A stretch of DNA of 64,000 bases, taken from positions 238,886 to 302,885 of the forward strand of contig JBLWGC010000159.1 of NCBI GenBank assembly GCA_048772705.1, written 5' to 3'. The notes below the pieces were generated by a model. That model was not told where the DNA came from and did not search any database. It was given only the letters and a program-made list of their open reading frames with translations. This document shows positions 35,797 to 49,303 of the stretch, in pieces. The translations under genes and the position numbers were made by a program. Source of the stretch: Leidyana gryllorum EB-2025a. Its lineage: Eukaryota; Protista; Apicomplexa. Each line of letters starts with the position of its first letter. The stretch's first letter is position 1.

Positions 35797-37980
35797 ATGT
35801 TGATTTTGAGTTTCGGACCGTGCAATATGCAGACAGTATATGAAGTACTCCCTCAAATTCGACGGCTGCAAGCCGTGGTGTTCCTAATGACCCTCGCCCT
35901 CGTACTCCCATCCCCCGTCTACCCATATTTCTTCACCACCGAGCTCGGCCTCAGCAGCGCTCAGTATGGCCAGGTCGTGGGTGCCACCAGCCTCACTCAT
36001 CTAGGTGCCGCTATTTGTTACGGACGACTAAGTGATGCCATAGGTCGACGTCGTGTAATCATATTCCAATGCACCCTTTCAATGATTCTCTACGCCGTCC
36101 TGGCACATCTCTCCTACACCGTGGATACAGCCCCCACCATCATTGTACCCGCCCTAATCTCTGTCTTTATCGCTCTTGGTTTCTGTAACACTGTCAACTT
36201 GCTCACGTGCTCGGCTGTGTGCGACCTCTGCACCCGCTTCAGCAAGCCCATGTCCGCTAGAATCCCATCGCTCTTCCCAGACAACTCTTTGGCACAACAA
36301 CGTCCAAAGTTCCTCGCCCAAGTTGCGGGAGTCTTGGGTTTGGCCGGCGTTTTTGGCCCTCTCGTGGGCCAGGGAGCACAGACACTCGGCGGAGACCCCT
36401 CGCGACCGACTGTTTGTTTGGCCTTGTCGGGATTCGCGAGTGCCCTGGGGTTGGCTATAGCGGTCTTTGTCAAAGAGACGAACCCTAATGCCAATGCTCC
36501 GAGTCATTACTTCCGTCTGGCACGCGACTGGGCTATGGGAGTACCCACAATGCAACACTCCTCTCCCCTCCTATCGGAAATATCGCAAGCCGACAGTTGC
36601 GTCAATGCCGCTGCCGACTTCTCGCCTGTCTGTCTCCCACACGTAGAATGTGAAATGGCCCGCAATCTCGTTGTTATGGTCTCCAGTCGTGAAACGTCGT
36701 CAGGACCCGACTGTACCCTCGCCGACATTACTCAACGATCCACTCCTGTCGATGCTCTGACGCCGCAGAATGGCGTGAGAGATCGCGCCGTCGACGACGA
36801 ACAACCAGTTGTGGTGCCCCCAAGTCCCGATAGTAGTGTTCCTTTCACCCCTCCCTCAATTTGTACAATTCAATTCGAAGAGGATCCAGACAATGAAGAC
36901 ATCCCGCGAGCCATGTCTACTGCCGACATGTGGGTCGGACTAATTCTGACCTATTTGTGTCAGGCGGTCAAGGCTCTCTCCCTAAGTACCATATCTGTCT
37001 GCTATGCTTTGGTACTGGATGCAATGTTACCCTCCGGTTGGTTCTTTGGCCTAAACCGTACCCAGGTACTCGCCTTGGGTCTGGCGTGCGCGTCTCTCGT
37101 TCGTGTCGCCATTCAATTGAGTTACTTTCAACGCTTCCTCAAAGCAGTGGGGGGCCCGGCTCGGGCCTTTCTCTTTGGCACCGTTTGTATGTCCTTTGGA
37201 CAGCTGTCGTTGTACTGGACCCTGCGTTACCTTCCCGGACATCTCGGACTTCTGGACCACCCTACTTGCCTCAACACCCTAATATTTGCCACAGTACACT
37301 TTCTGACCGTTGGTGGCATCTTCGCCGTCGGACTCGCAGTTGGCGAACCCGCCTTGACCACTCTCATCGCCATCTGTGTCTCTGACAAACCGAGCTACCA
37401 AGGCACCGCACAGGTAAGCTTGAAACTTGAATAAGTCTCAGCATTGTTCGGCCAGGGACTCAACAGTGCGAGCAATCTGCTCGGAGCCACTGTGGGCCCT
37501 CCGATCTTTGGCTGGCTGCTCGGAAAACGTTCCTCGTCGTCGGAAACTGCACCGAAGCTCCCCATCTCGATCCCGCTGGAGGCTTCGGCCGCTGCCGAGG
37601 GGATTGGCAGCGATCCGCAAGTCGGTGCCACCCCGGAAGTAGAGGAAGCGGCTCGGGCTAACGACAGCGGACACAACGGCCTATTCGACGATCAATGGTC
37701 TCTCAAGGCCGACGAGGGGTTCGCACAACCGACCGAGGCGGCCAAAGTGGTCAATCACCCATTCAAGTCGTTCCCTGCTGTGGTGGACAAACTATGGCCG
37801 TTGAGAGTGGATGAGTTGGCAGGCGTAGGCAATGCGGAGATAGTGGAGGTCTCGTCGTCACCAGGTGGCACATACGACCGAGCTGGGTTAGTGTTCTACA
37901 CCGGTGCCACAATCGCACTAGTACCACTGCTATGGGGGAGAAAGTTGCGGAAGATTGCAAAGAATTGGCAGTCTCGATAG
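35797..37980 (+). CDS. MFS transporter (DHA1/Tet-like), two exons
   Basis: MFS motif A YGRLSDAIGRRRVI; GVFGPLVG; GATVGPPIFGWL; intron ~37413-37441; start 35797 or 35827. Confidence 0.85.
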
Positions 37981-38035
37981 TATGTATATGAATGACCCCA
38001 ATTAGTTACAGCAGCATACATTGTCAAAATTCATC

Positions 38036-38571
38036 ATGCGACTTTCCACATGGATCTCAGCCATCACAATCGTATCAGCACAGCCCTTTCTGAGAATCCC
38101 ACATCAGTCCACGCTCGGGGGATATTGGTCTGAGCAAACCCGACATCCCTCCCCCGTATTGTTGGTCGGAAAAAGAGTGCTCCCGAATGACCACGAAGAA
38201 GACCCCCCCGGAGAAGGACAGTCCACTGTAATTGAAGAAGAAGAAGAAGGAATCCGAACTAACGAGTCGGTGTCATCCACCGAGGCACCCACTCACATAA
38301 TTGAAGAGGACAAAGGCGACTCTGTCTTATCCTCCACGAAAGCGAAGGATATAGCCATCGCGTCAAGCGCAATGGCAGGAGGCGCTATTTTTGTTGGCCT
38401 GGCAGCTCTATTTTCAACGACTAGGTGAGAAGGGCGACAAACGGTTTCTCTCTCTCACTTCGAACCTTTGAAAGAGTCAATTCAGGAGCTAGTGTAAGTT
38501 CTGGTGATGGAGGGGGAGGTTCAGTGGAGTCACAATATCGTGAAGCTGATCTTGATGACTTTCTCTCCTAA
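38036..38571 (+). CDS. small type I membrane protein with TRAP/MIC-like TM and acidic cytoplasmic tail (intron 38425-38474)
   Basis: Signal peptide MRLSTWISAITIVSA, acidic stalk, TM IAIASSAMAGGAIFVGLAALF. A 50-nt GT-AG intron adds the tail RVNSGASVSSGDGGGGSVESQYREADLDDFLS*. Confidence 0.65.
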
Positions 38572-38635
38572 CTAATATATGCTACCCTCTAATCAATCGG
38601 TCCCAGGGGGGGACAGAATACAACATGTTTTTTGA

Positions 38636-41600
38636 TTAATAAGCGATGCCCTGCTGCAACGCCTGCACAGCGTCGTACAGTCTCGTGCTCAGCGCATTCA
38701 CAGCTGCATCAACTTGGTCAGTGATGAACTGTCGCGCGTGTTCGTCGCTTTGATCCCACTGTAATCGTTTCCTGAAACACACACACCACACACACACGAA
38801 CATCTCAACTTGAATTGATGTTTAACTCACCTCAGATTGCGCATTGTTTTGACTTTGAAACATCCCAGACCACTGTCATTGAAGAATCGAAGCATCTGCA
38901 AGATCAGACGTTTCTCTTTCCGCACGCACATGTAGCCTTCGACAATTAAATGTCGCAACAGCAGGAAACCATTATCTGTTGAGTCCTTGGCGCCCGCATT
39001 CATGAGATCTATCATTTCCTGCGTCAATTTGAAAGGAGCCCTTTCGAAGCGGATGTCGCCAGCAGGACTTAAATCCAAAATGAATCCAAAATCAATATGG
39101 ACCAAGTACCCTTGATCGGTCACCAGCATGTTCGCATTGTGACGATCTTTGATCTGCAAGAACGCCGGGGCGATGACGGGCGGTAACGGTATGTAACGGA
39201 TGGATTTGCACACCAGCGAACAGAAATTGTTGATACAGACAGCACCATCGACCGACGGGCTTCGCATAGAAACGTACCTGAATTATGAAGCTAACTATAC
39301 TATATGCCGCGAGAGATCGCAAGAAGTTCCATTGTGCTTGCGAGAATGTCATATAGGACGGCAAAGATTCTCGAAAGTAAACCTCTAATCCTTGATTCAG
39401 TTCTTTCCCTATTTCGTGTCGACTACGCGTATTGCGGACCATTTCAATGCAGCCACCGAATTGTTTCCCTCGATATGTAGATTGAACTCCGTAAGGACAT
39501 AACCATAGCGGGAGTCCAGCGTTACGTAATATGGCTTCTGCCACAGTAATCATTTGAAGGGCCACTTGATCCATGCGTAGATCGTCATTTGACTTGAAGA
39601 TCACACTACGAGTTACCAATCTATGGCAGCTTCCCTCGGGCGTTTCTTCTTCATCATGGGCCCGGGCGATGAATTCGACAACGAACGGAGCTTTAGCGGC
39701 AGATTTGAGTGCTTTGCATTTCGCAATATTCGCCGCTATCAATATTTCGGGCTGCCCAAATGGAGTTGTGAATCCGGTGTCGTCAGCTGACAATGTCGCT
39801 GCTGCTTCCTTTGAATCCACGGTCGCCAACCTGTGCTTCAATGCAATCTCTTCCACCGAATACTTTATTTCCTCTGATCTCTTTGCTAATGGGTGCACAC
39901 TCACAGCTCGAGCACTGTGCAGAAAGGGAGTCGTCTCAGCCGACTCGAGGCAACACCACATCACTCACCTCAGGTCCAACAGACTCCCAAAGAAGTCCAA
40001 CTCGTTCGTAATCTCGTGAGCAGTGTGCTTATTTCCCAGAACGTGTGCCAACCGTTCCCGCAGACGCCCAAAGGCGCCGAAAGGCATAGCTAAACAATAA
40101 TTTGAATCTATGCCTTTGTGTCCCTTGCGACAACTCCTCAATTGCTCCAGAGTCTGCGCAGCACAGATAATTAGACTCGCTGCCATTTGGTCTCACCGCA
40201 ACTTCAGATGTGATTGAAGTGAACAGTTCTTTGTGCAATGCATCGTTGGCAATCGACGAGGCCACCAGCTGATTCTCCAGAATACTCCACGTGTCCCATC
40301 GGCAGGTCTGAGGAGAAGAACGAGACGAGTGAGTGAATACTTGTGGAGACGACGGAGCCAAAAGAGGCGCTCTTACCACTAAGATTTGAGGAAGATAGAA
40401 TCTAAGAGCTTTCAGAGGGCTGGAAGCTATTGTACGCGCGAGCTGTCCGTGTAGCACTGCCACCAAAGCTCGATGCTGGAAGCGTGCCTCATAGAGCTCT
40501 TTGAGTAAACGAGACACCGGAAGGGCAGGCGCACAGAGAAAGTCCCACGCTTTCAATGGTGCCTTTGGGTGTGTCTCGCCAACTCGAGAGCCATAGAGTA
40601 AGTTCTTGACACTCTTCTGAGCTTTCTGTTTCGTAGTCGGAGGGTTCAGTCCGGTGTTATACTCTGCCATAAGCCGAGGAATGAGCCGTCCGACAGACTT
40701 TGCCACAGAGATGTCTGGTGTCTGTGCATATCCCATCAGTAGTCCCCACATCAGATTCAATCGGTTATGTGAGCAATTGTGTTCTCGCTGCCACCCGCCA
40801 AACTCATCACGTGTTCCGACAGGATGACGATAGTGGTGCCCTTCTATGACAGCTCCGCTGGTCCAAATCGTCCAGGCTTTCGGCTGCTTCCCAGATCGAG
40901 TGCGTTCGATATGTGCTCTGATGTTCTCTGTGAATCCGTGTAGTGCATTCTCAGGCGCCTTCTTGCTGACGTATCTCAGCCATTTGTCGTGTTGCGTAGA
41001 GATATGCAATCCCGATGCCACTCTTCGCCACATCCCGCGGATACCTCGCTTCAATCGTCTCGAAGGTCTCATCATGTCGGTACTCGCGAGAAGGTAGAGA
41101 TCCCGGGTTGACTCGATAAGATCGGCCAACAGGGAGGTTAAGAGTCCTCTTCTCTGCCGTCTCGAGTCGGCGGTGCGTCGTTGATCGCCGATATCGTCGA
41201 GTGTTAGGGCCGCGACTATGGTGCCGAGATTGTCGATGCCCCTTTTGGCCATGGAATGGAACTCGATTGCCTCCGCCCATCTCTGACTGACCAACGACTG
41301 ACTCGGGTCCGCATTGCTTATGATGTTCTGTCGGTCGGAGACCAGATTTGTTGACACCACAGTGACACAGGCGCCCAAACGGATGCAGTTCGCGAGAATG
41401 TGTTCTTTGAGGAGCGAAATGCGCCGGGCATGGAGGGCATCCGTTCGGCGTTGATCCACTCTCAACCGATACCGATGACGCGAGAGGTGCGGAGGAGTGT
41501 TCATACGAGACACCTCCTCCGACCGATCTCTGGTCTGCCCGAGAGCTCGTCGCATTCGATAAGCAATAGAGAGGCGGGAGACATAGCTCGCGAAAGTCAT

Positions 41601-44600
41601 GATCGGTTGCCGGGTATGCAGAGCCATATCTGTAGGTATCATTGTACCACAGAGCCGTGCTGGGAAGAGAGTGTTGAGGAGACGGATGTCCGACGGAGTA
41701 GTGAGCGGAGGGAGATCATGAGAGCAGGTCTTTGTCAATATACTCAGCATCCGTCCCAACACGCGTGTGACCTGAAGCCCAAAAGTCACCACTGGGTTAC
41801 CTGAACCCAATCTGATATCAATGAAGCGCCATCAATTGTCAGCTCGCTGCTCTCTATTCCCGCTTACACATCAAAGATTGCTGTCAGATTGCGTTCCAAT
41901 ACGTCAAACAATTGTTTGCTGGCTGGGGCTTCCAGTGACGATCTCACGTTGGGCTCTGAGGATAGTAGAAGTCCCATCTCGACAACACCATTCGCAATGA
42001 CAGGGGCCAGAGATTTCGGCACTTCAGGACGTGGCTGCGACAATCGAGCGGCTACGGAGAGCAAATGCGGTAATGTTAATTCAATCCGTGTCAGATACCA
42101 ACTGATTTGACACCTTTTGGTAGCACCGCCAAAGCTGTTTTCTCACCACAGATTTCTCGTTCCCAGCGGATGCGTGTACAGTTTCAGCACCAACGGATCC
42201 ATCAGATTGACCATTGGAGGGGCCACGGCTTCGTACTCGGAAGATCGCATCCATCTTAGACAGGTTTTGTGCCAGAAGGATCCGAGGGCGGCGAGTACTT
42301 GGGACAGTCTGATGCTGCACCGCTTGTCTTCCTCGTCGAAGACCTGCCCATGTCTGATGGGAGCGAATAGCATTGGACGAATTATAGCGGCACGCGGGAA
42401 TTGAAGTACGGCAGTGTCAGTGATTGCCTCTCCCGCATCGTCGCATATTGCACTAAACTCAGTTATCAACGCGTCATCATCCGCATTCGCTTGACCGGAT
42501 GACGGGTGAGGGTGATTCCGAATTCCAGTCATATTAGAGAGATCTGACAACGTGCGTCTCATCCAGCCACACGAAGCCTCATTGCCAGACGAGAGCATAT
42601 AGGTACTGTGATTATCAGCTTGATTCGATAGGAAGTTTTGAGGCGTCACGTTCAGATATTGTAGGAGCGTTGTGTGGAACGGTAATCCTTTTTCACTGCT
42701 CAATTGTCGAGCGATTGCGATTGCGGCATATATTCTCTCTCCAGCGCCCGCAAACGGTGGGACATCCATAAAGAGGCCATCAGATATCGAGCAGTCAGAG
42801 CCTTTCAGACTGTAATAGAACGCAGGATTCGCCGAAAAGACAGCTGGACAGTGTTCCACCCAACAGTCGACCACCTGTTGGTATGCATAAAGGGCGTCCG
42901 ATGAAGTGCTGATCGCTTTTCGAACCTCCAGCAGAGCTGCTGCCTCACTTTCGAGATACTGCGGGACACTCGGACCGCCTCCATTCCGCAAACTCGAGAA
43001 GAGCAACTCGAGCATTTTGCGAAGTGCCTGGGGAGTGTGGAAGTGTGAGCATTGAAACATCAGATTACCGTCGTTTCTGCGCGATCTGTCTTAATCATCT
43101 GCCACTGCAGCACCATATGTGTCAACAAGGCGATCGGGGTTGAGGTGAAATCTTCGTTGACCGCTGTCCTCAAACAGGTTAGAACACTCAGCAGCTCCCA
43201 GGACTGCGGGCGGCGCGAGCGACTGAACGGCTTCCGGATAGCAGCCGGGTAAGACGCCGTGATCTCGGGCAAGTCCGCCAGCATGCGCACAGTGTCAACA
43301 AAGAGTCTCCATATGGTGGATGCTTGATGAGATCGGACCCCATTAACACATGACGGCTTTTTGAATGCTTCTCGAGGAACACTACGGCGATTTTGCAGTG
43401 CAGACACAATGGTGAAGGCGCAATGACGAGAGAGACACTGGAGATGCTGCCGCATCTTTCGACTCGTTACTATCTCTTGCTCGCGAACCTCAACTATAGC
43501 ACCCGTGAAAGAGGGTGTCTGCAGACTCCGAGACCGAGAACGCATCCGAGACAACTGAGAGTCCATCGTCCAGTTGGCTGACCCAACAGAGTCTCTACGA
43601 TAGAATCCACCCAGGCCGCGGCGGTGGTGTCTGATGCCCGTCAACAGGTATCCAAACAGAAGACCCGCAGACGTTAGATCGAGGAGAACGACCGGGGCAC
43701 CCTGGAATCCTTTGACCCGTGTGAAACTGTCGCAGAAGGCTTCTTGCCAAAAGACGAATGTCCAGGGTGTGTGAGCGAGGGGCTGAATATCAGAGAAGTC
43801 CTCAGGTAGCGAAGGAGAGTGTGTCAGTCGTCGTTCCATGCAGTTCAAATGGTACTCCAATAAGGCAGATATGAACAGTTGTTGTGGTTGGACAGAGTGT
43901 ACCAGTCCGGACTTGCCGATATCCAGCAGAGTATTGAGCGTTTCAGGACCCTTACGAGGTGAGGCGAGTGGCGGATTTGAAGAACGCACACTCTGGAGAT
44001 CGAGGTATCCTTGAAGACACGCGGCCCACATAGTCATAGCATTAACAGCCGCCAGGGAATGTGCGGGGTCGAGCAGTTGTCCCAGATCTCGCAGCCGATT
44101 CCGAAAGAAGGCTGTGGACGGTTTTTCGAGTGCGACAGCAGCCCAGCGTTCAGAGACAGCGAGAGGCGAGATGGGATCGAGAACACTGCTGGCGAGAGTA
44201 TTTTCCAGGTACGATGCCGCAGAACACTTTAGATACGATGCTGCGTGTGCGGCGCTCGCCAGGGCCACTTGGACCTCCACTGTCATTGTGCGAAGCAGCG
44301 CTGAATAGGCGTTGTAGAAAGGCTCAATCTCCAGCGTTCCCGTCATTTCCCATTGCATTATGAGCATTCGCAGCAGCAGTGGCAGTGAGTACTGCACAGA
44401 GACATGTCGGAGGGTTAGATGCGTGAGGAAAGCGCGAGCACTCGGTAAGGGTCCCTCGTCGTCGTTAACAAAGTCAACATCCTGGTTACCATTGTTGAGA
44501 GCCACAGTGAGCACATAGATAGTCCATGTTACGAGCGCAACGTGTATGACGGCCTGAGGGGAGCCGAGATCTAAAGTTTCGACAAGATGGACTCCGTGCG

Positions 44601-45234
44601 AATACAGGCTGCGGAGGACCTGATAGTTCTGCGAAGACGGGAACTTTGTGGCCAGTACCACCCATAGCGAGGCTACGGTACAGAACTCGTTGCAGTCAGC
44701 TTCGGTTATATATTCAAGCCACAGCCGTTCGCGTTCCAACCAGGGTGGTTCTGCCTGGATCTCTCTCAGCACGAATAACACAGAGGCGACTGCTACAGCG
44801 CTCCTATGAGGTACAGCAGTCTCGCTGGACGTGTTTGAGAGCCGCTCCGAGCCGGATGTCCGATACAATGACTGGGGATGATCAATGTCGAGGGAGGGAT
44901 AATAAGTAGCGGCGGACATAGCTAAGCGTGTAAAGCCCAGAGGTTCCATGGGTCGCCACAACAGCTCAATTAATAACAATACTCGGGGAATGTCGCGATG
45001 GTGAATTGGGAACTGCAATGTGTGAGCAAAGGCATGGGCTCTCGAGGCCAAGGCATTCTGTAGGGCAGTACGAGTGGGGGTGGGGAGGTCGCATGAGTAC
45101 GGGCCCGATAGGTAGTCACGTAGAGTGGCCGAAGCTGTCCACTTTGGGGGTAAGTGTGAGAATGACACGCTCCCGAGGGGGTCAGTGGGTCGGCTGACTG
45201 TGGTGAAAGGTGCGAGGAATAGGGCTGAGCTCAT
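38636..45234 (-). CDS. PI4KA: phosphatidylinositol 4-kinase type III alpha (STT4-like), multi-exon
   Basis: KSAAKAPF, IFKSNDDLRMDQVALQMI, FLRSLAAYSIVSFIIQ|IKDRHNANML..HIDFGFIL..FERAPFKLT and C-terminal TRLYDAVQALQQGIAY*; the PIK helical motif FYLPQI lies upstream. Confidence 0.9.
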
Positions 45235-45243
45235 GAAAAAACG

Positions 45244-47687
45244 ATGAAATTGCCCAAGCCTCCAGCCGCGAGGAGTTCCTTCGCAAGTTCCCTAACTGGA
45301 GCGAAAGAAGTTTCGGAAAGCCACAACTGGTCTGGATCTGACCTGGGGAGCGTGCCGCCAGCCCCTCACACACGACTATGTTTCTCTCGGGAAGTACCCG
45401 AAGTATTCGGCCCGAGACCGACCCCAAGTTGGGCAGTACGGTTGGATTCCAATTCAGAAGGGTCTTTGTGGGATTACAAACCATCTCCCACTGGGAAACG
45501 GCCGAGTGTCACATGGTCGTCAACCGTTGGGAATGATGATCATCGGTCTGGTCGACCTACCCAAGATAACTCGCACTCTGATGCTCCCGCAATGCGAGCG
45601 GTTCGACGCCGTCTCACAGCTGCGCTCTCACGATTGCCAACAGACCAACAAATGCCCCCCAGACCCATTCCGCCGTCTCCGTATCTGCCGATGCGCGGGG
45701 AGAATCCAATTATGAAAAGTACTCGACGGAGACATACGATCGTCTTTGACGACGTCCCTTCCAGGCCGCTCGCCAGAGCTGATTCGGACTTCACCACCTC
45801 ACGTACGGAGGATCGTGAGAACGAAGCGGAAATATGGGAAACGAAAGAAGTGGTGAAAGCAGAGAGTGTGTTCAAGCCGGTGCGCAAGGAGCTTCCGCCT
45901 GAATCGACATGGGAGTTTCAGTCATCGCACGGTGTCATCTCGAGTGAATTCCAGAGCCGGAAAACATCATTGTGGTCTATCGCAGACCCCATTGGAGATG
46001 ATAAGGAACACGAATCTGCCCCAAGTCTGTCATCAGTGTCACGAGGTTCAGCCTCTTACATATTAAGTCATCTGGGAGGTTCTCATGTTTCCGCATCTGG
46101 TCGTGCGATGATTGCCGAGTGAGTCTGAAAATCAGCGACAATCACAATCACAGTCTCTCCGAACAGAATAATGACGTATGCGTCAGATTCAATCGCGGCC
46201 CTCGCTTCGTTGATCCGGGCAGCGGATGACTGCGTTGCGTTGAAACCGTATTTTGAGCAACTGCGAGCCTTCACGCTCGAGCAGTCTGAACAGGTCCAAG
46301 TGAGTGAAAAGGCTTGAGAGAGAGAGAGAGTGTGTGTCTCCCCCAAACTCGGTCGCAGAAATGGTATGAAGGTTTCAGTAGATGGGACGACTTCATTGGC
46401 CTCATGATCAAAGAGTTTCAAGTCGCTGGCGGAACAATACTGCAGGTCGAAGATGCCTTGTTGGTATTACGGATAATACCACCCGGGGCGGTCCTGGCCA
46501 TATATCGTAAATGGACCAAATCACAGCGCGCCAAACTCAAACTACCTCCACTGGTGGACCGAATATGCACAATTCCTCAGTAAGTTGCCGTCTCCTCTAG
46601 CTGCTGTCATTCGTCGTCGTCGTCAAGTCTGCCTGCCATGGCATATACTCTGTCCGCTTGCTTGGCTGCGGTGCGATCTTACATCGAGACCACCAGCGCC
46701 CTGCGGAATGTGCGCAATACGGTCGAGGAGTTACAAGGCACCTCTGAAGTTCACCGACTGTTTGCTGCTGTTCGAAAATGGGTCGCTGGCCATCGCCGAA
46801 CCTACGGACGTGTAGGCCACAACCCTCAGATGTCCACTCGGACATCATTGTGGTATCTTATGCGCCTATGTCTGGATCGACCCGAGTTACGAGCCTTTCT
46901 GTCATCTTTTCTGGTGAGGACTCTCTGGTCACCCGAAAAGCCTTTCCCCCCCCGCCTACAGGGTACGGACGAGGAGGTTCGATCGAAGGTGCTTAACGAT
47001 CAATTTACTTTCATGTCTCGACTTCGGCACATGGCCAGCGGGTCGTGGCGGTGTAACGTAGAACTGGATGGGTTGGTCACCCAAACATCATTAGTGAGTG
47101 TGGAATCGCAGGCGTCGCTGATGTTCGTATCTTTCTTTGATCACAGTTTTTGAGTGGAGTGTCCACGAGCTTGAACGCGCAGCTGACATATCTGTCGACC
47201 ATTGATGACGCAATCGAAAATGCTACCACAACTCTCCGGATTGAGACCGAAAACACGGAATCTCTCCCTCAACAGAGTTTGTTCCCGGACTTCCATATCC
47301 GGCCAGCGCCCTTTCATGCCGATCAGCAACACGAGTTTATTGCCGAGTTGTCGCAGAATTTGCAGGTAATATCCTCCAGGGACCACAACCTAACAATCAT
47401 CTTATCAGACGTTGTATGAACAACTGAAGAAGCGGATGAACACAGTCTTGGGCACCAATCTCGCCATTATAGAGCTCAGCAGATGGGCGCATTGCCCTCC
47501 TCCGCCGCCATCAATGACTTTCGAAATATTGGAGACGTTTTTGATGGGCGTTGATGCAGAGATCCGCATAATTCGTACTCTGCCAGATCTAGCATCACCC
47601 TCCACCACAGCGGACGACTCTTCTTCCAGTTTGTGTCTTACTTCTGGCTCGCTGTCCGATCTGCTTCGACCATGCTACCCCAAATAG
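45244..47687 (+). CDS. hypothetical multi-exon protein, possibly with a degenerate FH2 (formin)-like helical domain
   Basis: Successive + strand ORFs separated by GT-AG introns; disordered Pro-containing N-terminus; weak FH2-like pattern (see findings). Confidence 0.5.
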
Positions 47688-47844
47688 AAAAACATCGTGT
47701 CACACCCCTTTCTTGCACCACACCCTGAATCACTGAATAAAACACCATCTACATCTCCACACACATCTCGATATCACACACTGCTTTTCCTCCCTGCTAA
47801 GGCGGCCCTCAATGTGTCGGTCTCACGTACGGCTTAGATTATAA

Positions 47845-47950
47845 GATGTCGGCCTCGAGTCAAGCCACGCGCGCCCCCTCAGGAAGTCTCGAATGAGAAT
47901 CCTTGAACTTAATTCAGTCCTCCCGAGGGCCTCACATCACCGCCCCTGCA
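47845..47950 (-). pseudogene. inverted, decayed U1 snRNA fragment (3' two-thirds)
   Basis: The + strand reads atgtcggcctcgagtcaagcc..tcaggaagtctc..ttcagtcctcccgagggcctcacatcaccg, the reverse complement of the array U1 with many substitutions; no intact ACTTACCTG. Confidence 0.75.
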
Positions 47951-48329
47951 CAAATTGTTTTGTCATGAGGCACCAGGCCGACATTGGGTCGAATAGCTGT
48001 TCCAAGTCGGTGATCCTGGCCTCTGAACACTTGCTCTACGTCCAGAACGACTCCTGTCTCATACAAAAGTCCGCGCCAATACATTTGTGCCATTGAATTA
48101 CTTGACATGTGATGGAGGGCCCACAGTCTCCTCTTCCTGACGTCTTTTTGCTCCGAAGGTTCTTTCAAATGCGGCAGAATATGATGTGGTCGCCTGCAAA
48201 AGTGATGACATGGCCTATGCTGCAGGAGGCAGCGGTCATACACGTGAACGACGCCTCTCGGTAGCTTGATTCTCGTTCGCCGGCTGCCATTGTTGAGTGC
48301 TGCGGCCGCTTCTCGACCCTCCATGCGGT

Positions 48330-48510
48330 CACCAGGCAAGGGGGCGGTCCCGTTCTTCCGGAAAGGCCCTCGGAAGGAGCTGACTCAGTTTTGGGGCCCC
48401 CATCTCAAATTGCTGCTATGGGGGGGAGGGCTTGAGTCGACGCCGACAGTGGGCGCTCAGATGATGATGGCCACATAAAATACGTTCAGTGGTACTATAG
48501 CTAAGAGCGG
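48330..48510 (+). pseudogene. decayed U1 repeat unit
   Basis: Residual blocks ggccctcggaagga, cccatct, ggcttgagtcgacgccgaca and cagtggtactatag occur in the same order as in the intact unit. Confidence 0.7.
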
Positions 48511-48619
48511 TACTCCAGCTCCCTCAGTCGCAGGTGGATTTGACTGAAGCGTGTCAATGGGGCTTTTGACGACGGAGACGAGACGGCGGGTACCTCCCTG
48601 TTTACTATCTACAAAAATC

Positions 48620-48784
48620 AACTTACCTGCGGATTGCAACCGTCTGATCAATAAGAGGCGTGCAGAGGGCGGAGCAGCCTTTGCACTACCGGTGGTGTGA
48701 GGCCCTCGGGAGGTCTGAACTAAGTCCAGTGTCTCCCATCTGAGACTTTCTGAGAGGGCGGACGAGGCTTGACTCGACGCCGAC
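48620..48784 (+). ncRNA. U1: U1 snRNA copy 1
   Basis: 5' ACUUACCUG; helix H CGGAU/AUCUG; SL1 loop GAUCAAUAAG; SL2 loop UUGCAC; SL3; Sm-like ACUUUCUGA; terminal SL4; ~165 nt. Confidence 0.92.
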
Positions 48785-48961
48785 AATGTGTTTTCAGACT
48801 GCGATTGACGGGTACGGTACTCTTAGTGACACTATAGGTGAGATTGGCACATCAAATGGTTCAGTAGGCTGAGAACTCTCGAGGCACCCGACGACGGAGA
48901 CGGCAGCGAGTCGGCGGAGACGAGACGGCGGATACCTCCCTGTTTACTGTCTGCAAAAATC

Positions 48962-49126
48962 AACTTACCTGCGGATTGCAACCGTCTGATCACTAAGAGG
49001 CGTGCAGAGGGCGGAGCAGCCTTTGCACTTCCGGTGATGTGAGGCCCTCGGGAGGACTGAACTAAGTCCAGTGTCTCCCATCTGAGACTTTCTGAGAGGG
49101 CGGACGAGGCTTGACTCGACGCCGAC
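48962..49126 (+). ncRNA. U1: U1 snRNA copy 2
   Basis: As copy 1; SL1 loop GAUCACUAAG. Confidence 0.92.
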
Positions 49127-49303
49127 AATGTGTTTTCAGGTTGCGATGGACGGGTAAAGTACTCTTAGTGACACTGTAGGTGAGATTGGCACATCGAATG
49201 GCTCAGTAGGCTGAGGACTCTCGAGGCACCCGACGACGGAGACGGCAGCGGGTCGGCGGAGACGAGACGGCGGGTACCTCCCTGTTTACTATCTACAAAA
49301 ATC

